The position numbers and the translations under genes are program-made. A DNA stretch of 64,000 bases from Saccostrea echinata (lineage: Eukaryota). The notes under the pieces are model-generated. The model had not been told where the DNA came from. It saw only the letters and a list, made by a program, of their open reading frames with translations, and did no database searches. How positions within the stretch are numbered: position 1 is the first letter of the stretch; each line of letters begins with the position of its first letter. The stretch covers positions 9,300,001 to 9,364,000 of the forward strand of contig NW_026889750.1 in NCBI RefSeq assembly GCF_033153115.1, read 5' to 3'. Below, in pieces: positions 51,001 through 64,000 of the stretch.

Positions 51001-54000
51001 GCCGTCAACCCTTACAAGGAACTGCCGTTGTACGACAAAAAGGTACGAGTTATTTTCCTCTTCTCAGATCTTTGGTGTTGGAGGCGAGAAATCGCCATAA
51101 CTTTTTCTTCTGCTCGGACGTTGAGGTAGTCACGTTGAGTTAACAAAGAAATCAAAGTTGACAAATCAATTTTGAGTTTGAGTAAGTATGTAATTAACCA
51201 TTGGCAAGAGGAAATATGTAGTTTTGATTTACAGGAAAACACAAAAGGTTGTTTATATACATGTACATGTAGACTTAAATCTAAGGCCATCTTTAAAAAA
51301 ATCTGTTTGCCCTCTCCCGACCGACTGACACAAAACCATTTTTTTAACCTTTAGGAAAAAACCATTCCAAAGTTTTCTAATACTATTAATTACTTATCTT
51401 AGTTTCATATTTACAAGTGTTTTTGATTTCAAAAAAAAAAATGTTTCCCTAGTACGTACCTACGCAGTTTCTTTATCCTGAGTTGGGAGAGGACAAGCAA
51501 CATTTTTTTTATTACATGTAAAAAGATGGCCTGATGTAGCTATGGAACATGATTTTTAAAAGCACTTCTTAATTTTATTTTTAAGAGGCTTCAAAACCAT
51601 TTCCAAAATAGTTTTATTTTTTGAAATTGGTTGAAAAATGAAAAAGTTATGATAATTTTTGTGTTTTCATTTTTTAAATCTTGAAACAAGAAGTGTTGCC
51701 ATTTTTAAAAAAATAAAATAGACAAAGTTTACTGAGTTGTAAGTCTTTATTTAATGCAAAGTACTTTATGACAATTATATAAACAAAAAAAAATATGCAT
51801 TAAGATTTTTTTCCCAGTGTATATCATCGTTTGAAAAATAAATATGATAGGGTCAGCAGTATTTTTAAGTCTGAACTGTGGTAAACAATGTCTTTTCATT
51901 CTTGATAAATAAAATGGAAAAAAAAACACTATGAGAAATATCAGTACATGTATTTAAAAACTTGATATTTCTCCAGCTAGAGTTCTTTGATCAGAATTGC
52001 TAAAAAATTTAAAAAAAAAATTATACCCCCCCCCCCCCCCCCCCGGCAAAAAGAACGAACTACAATATATACAATAAAAGTGTATGAAAAAATTCTTACT
52101 AGGGTGAAAAAAGATTTTTTTCAAGGATGATAATAACTTTGATGATGAAAAAGAATAGGCTTAAAGTTATGAAACTTAATATTATGATCAGAAATTGTGT
52201 AATCAAATCAGAAAGCCTCAGCAAGTAAAATATAAGTTAATGAATAACAAGTGTAACTTCCACATTTTTCACATGCACATCAAACTCGCACACATTTTAT
52301 TCTAGTATTAGAAAGTAACAAGAAAAGCTAAACTGGCTATACATAATAATTTTCAAAGAATATTGCATGAGGCAGAAAATGAGGATATGTTTACTGTCAC
52401 CCATAAATTTATATTTTGGATTATTCATCATGTTCAAAAATTAAGTCTTGATACAATAATTATTCTTTCTCAATTCACTCGTACATTACTGTTACACGTA
52501 CCGTAGTTTCTCTCAGTAACATGTGATCATGATGTACAAAGTTCTTCTTGTTTGTCTTGTCATTTTCTAAACTTAATTTGAGGACAGGTATTGTTGAAAA
52601 TTTTTTTTAATGAAGTAAAACAAATTGATCTAGTAATCAGCTGATTGGCGAGTTGGCTTGGGGTGGGATGGGGGTGGGGGTGCAATGATGTAAATTATCA
52701 TTTCTGTGTGTTAATTTATGTATTTAGAATAAACTTTCTCTAATTTTTGAAACAGTAATTTTCACTTTGGAAAACCAGACACAGACATATGTCACGCTGA
52801 ATATGACACTCATATTGGTCTCGTTGTCGTACATCATTGCACTTTCACCTTACAAATTCAAAACAAACTCCGAAATCAAAACAAACTAAATTATTTAAAG
52901 CAAGATATTCACATGATTTTATGACCTCTGGCCCTTCGCAATTTACTAAAATCCTACACACCTGTCACACGTTTAATGCAAAGCAAAGGGCAAATAACCC
53001 TGTCAGGCAAAAATAGTCCATGTGATTGAACGTGATTTGGTGTTAAGTACAAGGATTTAAAATTATTATTAGATTGAATTCTTATAGAAAACACGTTTTT
53101 ATTTTATAAAAATCAGGTTTTTAAGGTGTATATTCTGAAATTCATTTTTTTCTCTTGAAACGAATATTTCATTATTATTTTTTTACCGCTAAAATGATGC
53201 AATTTATTTATTTTTATCCATATACACTTGCAGTATTACCTCACGAAGGTTTCCGAAAAACTTTTGTGATTGTATATATCGTAATCTTATTGTATCAGTC
53301 CGTAACACACGCCCACCCGATCATTTATTTTTTTGGCAACAATAGTTTAGCAAATATTAGAGTTATCGCCCGTTGCTTTTCCGTCGCTACCTGATGGGAT
53401 AATACGCCGATACATCAACATGAATAGCTAGTGCCATAATTATCTTAATGAATTGGCCATCAGATCTGTAGCTCGCTCTTCGGAAAAAATTGGGACAGAC
53501 AACCAGAGAGCTAAATTAAGTCATACATGTGATAATTTTTAGACCCAAATACTGTACAGGAGTCTTTAAAATACTGGAATTCGGGTGAAAATACTGTACA
53601 ATATTGTTCAAAAAACTGTACAAAAAACTGCACACATATCGACCAAAAATCAATGTAAGAGGTTCAATTTTAATTAATAAATTTCAAATCAATGAATAAG
53701 TGTACCACTGCATGCAGTGTTATATGTAATTACTCATTTCAAGAAACGTTTGCAGCATTAAGAGTTTCAGCAATCCCCATGGTCAATGCTGAATTTAGAA
53801 AAAGACTTCCATGCAGTTTTTAATGTGAGAGTCTGATCGTCTCTTGTCATCTGCATTTTTTATAATGATACTAAAAGCATTTCTCTTACTCTGTGTTAGA
53901 ACGGACAATACTTCTGCCTAAGCAGTGCAAAAAAAAGTCATGGATTAAATTTCGTGTTGCTGTCACAAAGTTACTCTGATTCTTGTCATTTTCTCTTTGA

Positions 54001-57000
54001 AACGTCTTTAATTTCTATTGACAAAATTTTAACAAATTACGGTTCAAAACACCTTAATAGGGGTCTTATAAAAAATATTCAGCCCAACAAAAAGCTTTGT
54101 TATGCATTAATTACAATGTTATTATCGCGGGAATGTTTCACACCTTCCATCATGATGTTTTGCTTACATTAACCAAGCACAGTAAGTCATGCATCAAATG
54201 GGATTTCTAGTGTTGTGAGAGCGAGAAGTAAAGAAAAATCGCAGTTTCGATTAACATTTCAAAATAGGGCACAAATTTTCATTTAATTCCCATGAATTTT
54301 TGTGTACCCCCATGAGCCCGTGAATGGGGTCAAAAATACGTGATATTTTGTGTACAGCCGGTAGATATCTTATGAATGGCTACAGTGCCACCCACTGAAA
54401 AAAAAGTATATCAATTTTATTGTGCACAAACAGTGCCCTGTTTCTCAATTTATTTCAGAATCTCTGTATATTTCAAAATATTACTAACCATGTGTTCCTA
54501 ACATAATCTTTTACTTCTTCCACAACAAAACTGCATGTACAAGTCATGCACGGAGTGCATTCGACCGAATTGTCTTAAATTGCCACCCAAAATGGCAGTA
54601 TAAATAGGCAAAAATTTTTATGGTCTCAATTTTCTGCCCAGGAGGGCCATTTACAATGGTTTTTGGGAAGTAGTAAAAGACTTATAATGGGCAAGAATTT
54701 GCTAGGAACACATGGTTAGTAATATTTTGAAATGGTAGCTTAAATATACAGAGAAATAAATTGAGATATTGGGTGCAATAAATGTATACTTTTTTCAATG
54801 GGTGGCACTGTAACTCTCTGGTCACTCATATGTTTGACAGCAACACTGAAATCCAAGGTGTTAGTTAAAAATTTTGTATTAAATTTATGGGTTGTATTAA
54901 GAGTTAATTAGAGAAACCTTTCTTTTCTGAAATCTTTTGTTAAAACATATTTCACAAACAAAACTTGACAGAAATTTTATATAGATTTATTCCATTATTT
55001 TCTATCAAAAATTTTTCTGAGTAACTTAACTTGATAAACATCAGTGAATATACCTACACTCTTATGTTGTAGAATCATGAAGAATATGGATGGTGGGACT
55101 TCAAGGCAGGTTTGCCTCCGCATGTCTTTCAAGTGGCAGCAAGAGCGTATAGCAGGATGCGTCAAAACCAGTCAAACCAAATTATCCTGGTCTGTGGTGA
55201 ATCTGGTTCAGGAAAAACGGAGAGTACAAAGTATATGGTGCAGCACTTCATGCACATGTGCCCAGAGGAGTCTGGTGACCTTCATGACAGAATTATCAAG
55301 GTTCATATAAATTATATAGAATTTCTACAAGTTGTCAACAACTGCCCATTTTAATTGTTTTAAAAGGAACAGTCTTCTTACCTCAGTCCCTGAATCTTAT
55401 TGATTTTTATAGTTCTAGATCTTTCAATCACTGTTTCATATGCATGCTTATTTGCTTTCAAAAGGTGAATCCCCTGTTAGAAAGCTTTGGGAATGCCAAA
55501 ACAATAATGAATGACAACTCCAGTAGATTTGCCAAATTTCTGGAGTTGAGTTTCAGAGGAGATGGACAAGTGATAGGGGGTAAGAACTTGTATGGGTGGG
55601 TTTTCGCAGCTAAAAAAATCTTTCATTTGATGTCAATAAATTAGAAGGGAAGTTTAAATATTTTTTGCATCATTTGTGTATCCTGCTTAGTGCAGTTATG
55701 CATAATTATCTCTCAGACATTAAATTTTATTCTTTTTTCTCTTGTTAAATGTTAATCAAAAAATATTTGGACTTGTAGCAATGATCAAAGACTACATGTT
55801 GGAGAAATGCCGTGTAGTTGGGAGAAATCAGGATTGCGGAGAAGGAAATTTCCACATTTTCTATGGAATGCTTGCTGGGATGCCACAGGAAGAGAAGCAA
55901 GCTCTGTTCCTTCAGAAGCCTGAAACATACAAGTAAGAATGACTCGATCTGCAAATGAAGAGTTATTATGAGGTATCATATCCTATTAATTTAACTATAT
56001 ATATATACACACATGCAGAGAAATTGTAATGTTTTTCTAATCCTTTGAATGTATTCTGTATCATTTTAGCATACTGCTAGGTAGCATCGAAAATTTACAA
56101 AAAACATGGACAGAACGTTACGCCAAACAGTATAAAGAAAACATGGAAACCCTGAAACAGTTAGGGATGACAGAAGCAGTAAGTTTATTTGACTTCTTCT
56201 GATCTATAAGTTGCAGCTCAATTAAAATTAAGTTTTCTCTTTCCAATTTTATGATAAAGATCTTGTTTTTTGTCTTTTGTTTGTATCTTTCTTTTCTTTG
56301 GGGGGGGGGGGGGGGGTTGGATGGGTGGATGGGGAGTCCTGTTTTAGCTCTGTTCACATTTTGTATTGTTTACATAATTTATGAGATTGATCAAAGGTTT
56401 GTGTCTTCACATTTTTCCTTGATTGTATTGTGACAGGATAGAAAGGTGATGACCTGTATGCTGGCAGCCATTTTACACTTGAGTCAAATAGAATTTCAAG
56501 AGACTAACAAAACATCTGGAGAACTGAAAATTGTAGATACAGAGCTGGTTGAACATGGTAAGATAGTGTATTTGGACTATAATTACATTTGTATTCTGAT
56601 TATTTTAACCCATGAAGTGTACTTAACTTGCTGTTATGGCAGACTATTTGACAGTGCTTAGAGATGTCTGTAATTTTAAGTAATGCTGCAAATTCAACAA
56701 GAGTTCCTATATTTACAAAGTATGTCATGTTCATTCCATTTCAGTTATTAAAGGCATCAGATAGAATTTTTGAAATGTTAAAGATTAAAGATACATTAAA
56801 GATGCATTACTTGGTCCATCTATCTTATAATACAATTTTTTTTGCGTTGCAATGTAAGGTTATATGGTAAGATTAAGAAGAATAAGTTTTCAAATGAATA
56901 TATCTTCTTATCAAGCAAACCGGCTATAGAATTACATGTACCTAGGGCATTTAGAAGGCTTTGTTTCTTTCATTATATATATCCTTACAGCTGCTGAATT

Positions 57001-59756
57001 GTTGGATGTGGACTGTGAAGCACTTGGGCATGCTCTTATCGCTTCCACAACAGTAATGGCAGGTAAGGGTTATTGGACATTTATGGAGTATGTAACATCC
57101 ATTATGTATAATATATATTATACTCCACACATCCTTGAAGTTATGGAAATGATTTATATATGACATGTTTGGATTATGATTTTATTATTATAAAAGTGAA
57201 AAGATTGAAATATACATGTACATGTATATACTAACTGTAGCCCTTCAGTTCTGCACTATTATTAGCAAATAAAGGTTAGGGATGTGCAATTTTTATCGGT
57301 ATACTGGCCGGTATATCGTGATTTTTATTGCACGATACATAGCGTGATACAGAGACTAAAATGCCTGTATTTAGTATGTAATTATAAATTCCAGAAATAA
57401 TTAATTTTTTTTGTTCAAACTCTTAAACTACAATTACAAGAATTGTAATTGATGTTGTAAAATAGTAAAACAACGGCATCCTAGCATCCAAACATGCTTT
57501 ATTAATATAAAAATGAAAAAAAGTGAAGGTATGTTATCACACTATATGTTAGAAAAATCATGGAAATTCATTTAAAATCATAGTAAAAATTATGTGAAAA
57601 AATATCATGATTTTATCGTGATATTTTTGGGAAAAAATCGTGATATATCATAATACAAAATTTTTGGCGATACCCATCCCTATTAAAGGTTGATAATATG
57701 TGAAGAGAATTGAAAATTTGTGTACGACTGTATTAAGGAAAATTTGAAGTCATTTTTTGCATATGATATTCAAATTATTTCAACAGTATGTATCGGTTAC
57801 TATTAACGTTCTATGTCATTACTTATTCAAGAACATTCACAATGTTTTAGAAATTAAATGCAAGTCAATTAAAGAAGTATACTGTGAAATCACAAATTTT
57901 GTGTGTGTGTGTGTGTTGTGGGTGGGGGATGGGGGTTAATTTTCGTTGCTTTTGTGATATGAAGAGATCCATGAATTTGTGTTCTCCACAAAATATAAAT
58001 TTTTTAAACGTAACAATTCAATACTTCTTCATACACAAAATCCAATACCTGTGAATCAATATTGTTTCCTCAAAAACAAAAGGGGATTAAATATATAGTG
58101 GAAAATCTTCATAAATCTCCTCAAAAATAACGGTGGCCTTGATTAGTCATATTGATATACAAGCATCTTCATCAAGTGAAGATTCTAGTTTGTTCAAATC
58201 ATGGCCCCTGGGGGTAGGGTAGAGCCACAATAGAGAATCAAAATTTCACAGCGGAATACATCTATAGAAAAAATGAAAAAAGAACAGCAGGTCATGATTA
58301 TAAGTCATATTAACATGAAAGTATTTTCGGGTTGTGTAAATTCAAGATTGTTCTACTCATTGCCTCTGGGAGTAGGGTGGGACCATAATAGGGGGATTAT
58401 AAAGTTCAACATAGGAATATATCAGGAAAAATCTTTATCAATTTTCTTCTCAGAATGGTAAAGCTATGAATATGTAATATTAATATATGCAAACATCCTC
58501 AGGTTGTGTAGATTCACCCCCCACCCCTCCCCCCCCCCCCCCCCCAAAAAAAAAAAAACACGACCCTGGGGTAGGGATGGCGCGTACAATAGAGGATCAA
58601 AGGAAAATTCTTTAAAAAACTTTCTGTAATGAAATGCTTAGTCATGTTTATATGCAAGCACTATCTTGTAGTGTAGATTATATTCTTTAGTTCAAATCAT
58701 GGCCTTCATGTGCAGGGTGTGTCCACTATTCTGAAGAACAGCTGGGCCAGGTTTACTCAATTGAGCATTATGACCCATGAGCCCCTTGGATTTTATATTT
58801 TAACAGATATCATAAAGCAGTAGTATAAAACTGATTTTTTAACATAAAGCAGATAAATACTAGGACGTAATTATTTATTTTGAATTCATTCAGGTTATGG
58901 TAGTACAGGTACAAAAATTCATCTTTGATGATCATTATAGTTTCATTTTATGCTTATTTTGGTTGTTAAGGAATGGCACTTTTTTTTTTTTTTTGCTTTG
59001 AATTAATTTTGATAATTTCTTACAAGTTCACAAGTAATAGAATATCCTAAGAAATATTTTACTTTCGCTTTTTAAAAAAAATTATCTGCTTTCATGGCTA
59101 TTGTGATTTATTTTCTTTTGAATTTGCTAAATAGATAAAACAAAATTCAGATTTCACATAGTAGGAAAGGTGTGTGCTTTGAAAAAAAATAAGCAATGCA
59201 TTTTTCATTTGTTTGGATTAAAATCATTGATTTGCAGCTGTGAATAGGTAATCATATAGTATATTAGTGTTTTAGCTAGTGTTGTCAATGTCAGTACCTA
59301 GTTAACCATCGAATGATACGAATATTGCTTAGTAAAACTGCTACTCTGTTACTCGGATATATAGACATTTTACGTAGAAAACCAGTAGGAAAAAATGTAC
59401 CGTAATTTGTTTGTAAATGTCCACCATTTTATTTACCCTTAGTTAAACATTAGACATAGAGTTTGACATATACTGACTTATACAATGCATTGCATTTGTT
59501 TTGATTAGTTTTCCATAGTTAATCTAATCTATGACTTTGATTGCCAAGGAGTATACAAGTTTTGAAGGCTTGAGTTAATTATAATTACCTCACACAATCC
59601 TGTGTTAGTCTGCAGTACAGCATTAAAGAAGATGCCGCCATTTGTATCAAAAACATGGAAATATTTCAAAAGATTGGCTGATTGTAAATTATGTGAAATG
59701 GAATTAACATATACCGGTAGGACAACAAATATGCTAAATAACTGCAGACTGAAACC

Positions 59757-59827
<71 letters not shown>

Positions 59828-62800
59828 TGACATCCTGCAAAAACACCCAGCTATAACAGGGTGTTCGAGAACTAATTTTTTAGAAGATATTATAAATAAA
59901 GTTCATAAGCAGTGCATTTTGTGATTTATATGAATCGGTAAACAAATGAAAAGATTAATATAGAAAATGTAATGAACATATATTACTGTTACGACTGAGT
60001 ATATACCACGAACAAGGCTGCTTAGAGTTTTAATAAAAATCATCTGAGTAATCGGTTACTCAATCGGAAAAGTAAGCGAGTACCCGGTTACTAAAAATCG
60101 TCCAATTTGACAACACTAGTTAGCAAGTAAAATAACAAATGGGATTCGCTTATAATTACCAGTATTTTTTAAAATGATTAATCATTTGTTTCAGTGCTGT
60201 TTTTTCAGTACATTATATATATATTATATGGTGCAATCATGTAAACATTTTATTTGTTAAAATTTACACCAGATTGCCATGTAAAATACCAGTAATCTAT
60301 ATGAAGATCTTTAGTTTGTTTGTCAGGAATTAAAAAAAAAGAATTAAACAAAATGACATGACAGATAAATACTGAGAAATACTTTTAAACTTTTAAGGTG
60401 AATTTTCCTAAATGTTGAAACAATTATCCTTAGGCCAGTAAAGTTGTACATGGTATTTTTATATTTATCGCTTTAGTTATCATAAATTCCATTAAATTCA
60501 AACAATTTATTATATAACAATTTATAATATATAAGTTTTATCATATAGTATGTGCATGATCATTTTATTCACTGCATATAAATACTTGTATAAAGAATGG
60601 TTAGAGGAAAACGGGTTGATTTTGATATATCTTGTGCAGAGGTCATTATAAGGCCAAACTTTTGTACATTTAATAATTATTGAATGTATGATGAATTATT
60701 ACTTCAGATATTTTTCATTCTAAAAAAAAATACATCTTCTTCAAAAACATGTACAATGAGTGGATGAAGACACCTATAAATTCTGAGGCCATTGAAAGTC
60801 AAGGTCAAAATTATTTGTTTAATTTTCCCATTTCTGTGTGAAAAATTGAGAATTACTAGTATTCATTATGTGAACTAAATTTTACTATACAATTAACTAA
60901 GACACCTTACTGTAACACATACTTTTAAGAGTTTGCCAAAGGTCAAGTGCAAAAGGTCAAAACTAACAAATAAACATATATTTTCTAGTTCCCAAAAGAT
61001 CTGATAGACTTGTGTGTATGCAATTGCTACAACATTATGATACATGTATTGAATTTTCTGTCATTTCAATCATTTTTTCATGTTCTTGCTTCATTAGAAT
61101 TTTNNNNNNNNNNNNNNNNNNNNNNNNNNNNNNNNNNNNNNNNNNNNNNNNNNNNNNNNNNNNNNNNNNNNNNNNNNNNNNNNNNNNNNNNNNNNNNNNN
61201 NNNNNNNNNNNNNNNNNNNNNNNNNNNNNNNNNNNNNNNNNNNNNNNNNNNNNNNNNNNNNNNNNNNNNNNNNNNATTTAAATTCATCTCACTAATTAAA
61301 TTTAACATTAAAAATGTAATCCATCATTTATTTGAAACAGGTGAAGAAATTAAAGTATACAAGAGTTTAGACCAAGCTAGAGATGGCAGGGATGCCCTTG
61401 CTAAACACATGTATGAGAGACTGTTTGGATGGATTGTGAAGAAAATCAACAACAACCTGCATCCTCGCAAAAAAGAGTAAAATATTTAATGTATTAAAAA
61501 GTGGATGGGAAAAAAGTGTTTCTATTATGCCCTTTGCTTATCAGCCAATGGGAAGGGAAGAACAGACGATTTGTATATTTCATTTGATGTACTAATCAAA
61601 TTTTCCAACTTCCCACTTGATTTTTTTGTAACTCAGTTTTTCTTGTAAATTTTACTGGAGTTTTGTTGAATATAAAGAAAAATCATCTTGGAAAAGACCC
61701 ATATAATCTTTTATCATTATTTACTGCACCAGTCATATTAATAAAATAAAAAACACACAAACACACATAATAACATCAGAGTACTATACAAATTCAAATT
61801 CTCAGCTAATATTGCATGGATCTCCCATTAGAAAGAATAACTCCTTGGCACCTACTCCACATAAGATTTATATTTAAGGAATAACTGTCTAATTTTTTGG
61901 ATTCATGATGTGATCAATCGAGTGGCTTGCGTGATAATTTGCATAAACGCCGAAGGCGTTTATGCATAAAATTATCACGCAAGCCAATCGATTGATCATC
62001 GTCATGAATCCAAAAAATCTGACAGTTATTCCTTATATTTACATGCTCCTGATTCTGCAAATTCCCATGCTAATGGCCCCGCTTCTGTCTCTATTTGTCC
62101 CGCCCCGCACGTGATTTTTTTTAACCGCGCCTACCGATGAACCAGTAGATTTATGTAGAAATAAAGTATTTTTACAATTTGTAATTTTATCTCGGACAAA
62201 GACATTGGAAATGTAAATATAACTGTGTAAAAAGAAAATATTGGTGAAAGGTTGGGTATTCAAGGTGTTCATTGATCTTGTTCAAGCTCCACAAGATATT
62301 CTGTGGCCAAGAAGGCACTCTAATTCTGTTTATTTCATCCCATGTACGCTGAATAGGATTGAGTTGAGGACTGCGCGCAGGGCAGCATTAGTTGGTGGTT
62401 CTGACTTTTGGAGAAGTTGTTTTATCCTGCTTAAGGAGCAATCCATGAATGTGAGGGTCATTAGGTGGAGTACAATATTCTGATACCATGTACCTCACAT
62501 CGTTCAAGTTCTGATGGAATGGAACAATCTGAGTTTTTATGTTGCAATGAAATACCCACTTGAACCATGAGAAAACCACCTCCAAACTGTCCACATTCCC
62601 TCACATATGTATTTAAATTGTGTACTGGTAATTAATGCTTACCCTTCTCCAACAGACACAAGACCATGCAACCATTCATATATAAAACCTGAACTCATCT
62701 GTATAAAGAACTTGACCCCTATCTGCACAAGTTACAAGAATTTATTTTAATCCAGTTTGGGCCCCCAGAGGAACAACAAAGATTTTCAAACAAAAAACAC

Positions 62801-63850
62801 ATATTAACCTTGTGTCTTGCCCATGATAACCCTACAAAGCCCTCTTGCCCTCAGTTCTCTCTCCCTAAGTCTGTCCCTTACAGTCTGGTCAATGAGGGGC
62901 ATTTCCTGTGTTTCCAGAGTATGCCCTGTGTCACTCATGCTGTCAAGAGTCTGTCCTATAAATGGGTAATTTTAAAGTAGAGTTCCTGTCTAGTGTCTAC
63001 AGGTCTTCATGTGCCATTTGGGTCATCAAAGTAGATTGTCTACACTTCTGGTTCCGTTGAATTTCTAGACAAGGTTCAAGGTTGTCTTGTGGTTACTGTT
63101 GAAGTGCTTAGCAATTTGTGACAATGACAATATACATGTAAATCTAATTTAGTTCTTAGATTCTGAAAAAGGTATGTAAAAAAATGAAAGCAAATTTAGT
63201 GAGTTTAATGAAAGGAAAGCCACCCTTTCACAAGCTGCACCTAGCATGAACCTTATACCATAACCAATTTTGAGCTTTGCTCTATAGACATTTTCTAGAA
63301 GTTATTTTTTATGAATAATAGAGTACACAAAACACAAGAAACTGGACTGTGAAAGCAATTGAACAGAAGTTATTTTTTAAGAATTTACAAACCAGTTACA
63401 GTTCACTTGTCAAAAGCCTGATTCCAATTTCTTTGTGTGTGAAAGGTATAGATTAATTGTTAACTCAACAGACAATGTTTGAATAATATACCTTTAAAAC
63501 TTATCATGCTTATACTTTTCATATTTAGAAATTCTTAAAGTGGGAAGTTAGACATTTTGAAAAATACATATTTTTTTGATTGAAATTTGCATTTTAAAAA
63601 TGCAGAATTTTGTTACAGGGCGAGGAAGGAAACTACTGAGATTGGTATTCTGGACATTGCGGGATTTGAAAAGCTCAAGACAAATAGTTTTGAGCAAATG
63701 TGTATTAATGTGGTGAATGAAAGGTTGCAAAACTTCATGAACAAAGTTGTGATCATTCAAGAAAAACAGATCTATGAATCGGAAGGAATCTCTTATGATA
63801 ATGTGGAGTTCAAAGACAATTTGGATGTGATACAGTTGTTTGAACTTTCG
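47826..63850 (+). CDS. Unconventional myosin motor domain (class III-like, no N-terminal kinase seen); 5' part, continues beyond the window; candidate myosin-chitin synthase
   Basis: Ten phase-consistent exons: 47826-47918, 50977-51042, 55073-55300, 55465-55579, 55779-55932, 56070-56178, 56437-56557, 56991-57062, 61341-61476 and 63619-63850. Motifs: ILIAVNP, PPHVF, P-loop [17 protein letters not shown], switch I NDNSSRF, RDALAK, switch II DIAGFE. Confidence 0.92.
49695..50300. mobile_element. Decayed element with inverted clusters of subterminal CTTTTCCGCGA repeats
   Basis: About 4 copies of (G)CTTTTCCG(C/T)GA at 49697-49810 and about 5 inverted copies, TCGCGGAAAAGCA, at 50193-50298. Confidence 0.55.
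51285..51531. mobile_element. Zator/Harbinger-like MITE
   Basis: GGCCATCTTT..AAAGATGGCC with internal inverted CCTCTCCC / GGGAGAGG; flanks TAA and TGA. Confidence 0.6.
54383..54810. mobile_element. Tc1-type MITE with long TIRs
   Basis: TA-CAGTGCCACCCA(C/T)TGAAAAAA..TGGGTGGCACTG-TA; further inverted block TTTCAAAATATTACTAACCATGTGTT. Confidence 0.88.
57277..57682. mobile_element. hAT-type MITE
   Basis: TAGGGATG..CATCCCTA; TSD (A/T)TAAAGGT; subterminal ATCGTGATA repeats. Confidence 0.8.
58060..58790. repeat. Decayed Cg170-type satellite units (opposite orientation to 25483-26746)
   Basis: About 4 units containing TTCAAATCATGGCCCCTGGGGGTAGGGT..GCCACAATAG. Confidence 0.7.
59277..60118. mobile_element. 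hAT-like non-autonomous element containing a (TA)n tract (59761-59822)
   Basis: 12-bp TIR TAGTGTTGTCAA / TTGACAACACTA; flanks TTTAGC and GTTAGC; subterminal GAGTA..GTTACT repeats. Confidence 0.6.
61875..62222. mobile_element. 161-bp palindrome element P3 (hairpin 61875-62035 plus tail)
   Basis: Arms TAAGGAATAACTGTC..GACAGTTATTCCTTA with apex GCATAAACGCC-GAA-GGCGTTTATGC. Followed by TATTTACAT; distal ATGTAAATATAA at 62211-62222. Confidence 0.75.
62245..63120 (-). mobile_element. Decayed Tc1-family transposase in a myosin intron
   Basis: The minus strand gives [17 protein letters not shown] (compare Tc1 WPxxSPDLNPIExxW), LLLKQDK (compare FQQDNA) and NLNDVRY, with stops and frameshifts. Confidence 0.75.
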
Positions 63851-64000
63851 GTATATAATATTTCATATTAGTCCTTATTTATCATTTTAAGTACATGTAT
63901 TTTAGTATCATCCTTAAAAGTAACAAAAACACATTTCTTTTATTTACTTTCTAGAGTTAAGTTTTGTGAATGCCAATATTTTACTAGTCAAGATTTGCTT

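Noticed and set aside
59529-59856. ORFs with IYIYIY runs; similarly 17937-18290, 32595-32954 and 42067-42430
   Set aside because: Derived from microsatellites, homopolymers or repeat elements; no protein motifs.

Overview
AT-rich, intron-containing animal DNA with four N gaps (6582-6719, 13361-13490, 16721-16869, 61104-61275). The repeat content (a Cg170-type satellite inside a CvA/HINE element, tRNA-SINEs, Penelope-like remnants) points to an oyster-type bivalve; this is inference. Genes assembled by hand from GT-AG exons: (i) a C-type lectin gene at the left edge and a decayed C-type lectin-EGF and vWA-vWA locus (minus, 8.5-16 kb); (ii) a tandem array of four JmjC (cupin-8) 2-oxoglutarate oxygenase genes with signal peptides (minus): two intact at 540 aa, one with a single frameshift and one remnant; (iii) a 179-aa claudin/PMP22-family tetraspan gene (minus); (iv) the first ten exons of a kinase-less, myosin-III-like motor gene (plus, running off the window) that resembles molluscan myosin-chitin synthases. 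Intergenic and intronic DNA is dense with small DNA transposons, several of which have empty sites or target-site duplications (TSDs) visible within the window. The most unusual non-coding signal is three sequence-unrelated ~161-165 bp palindromes. They share length, cGN(N)Ag apical loops, end motifs and a distal inverted motif, which suggests a structure-defined mobile element class. All calls come from reading the sequence; no database searches were run.
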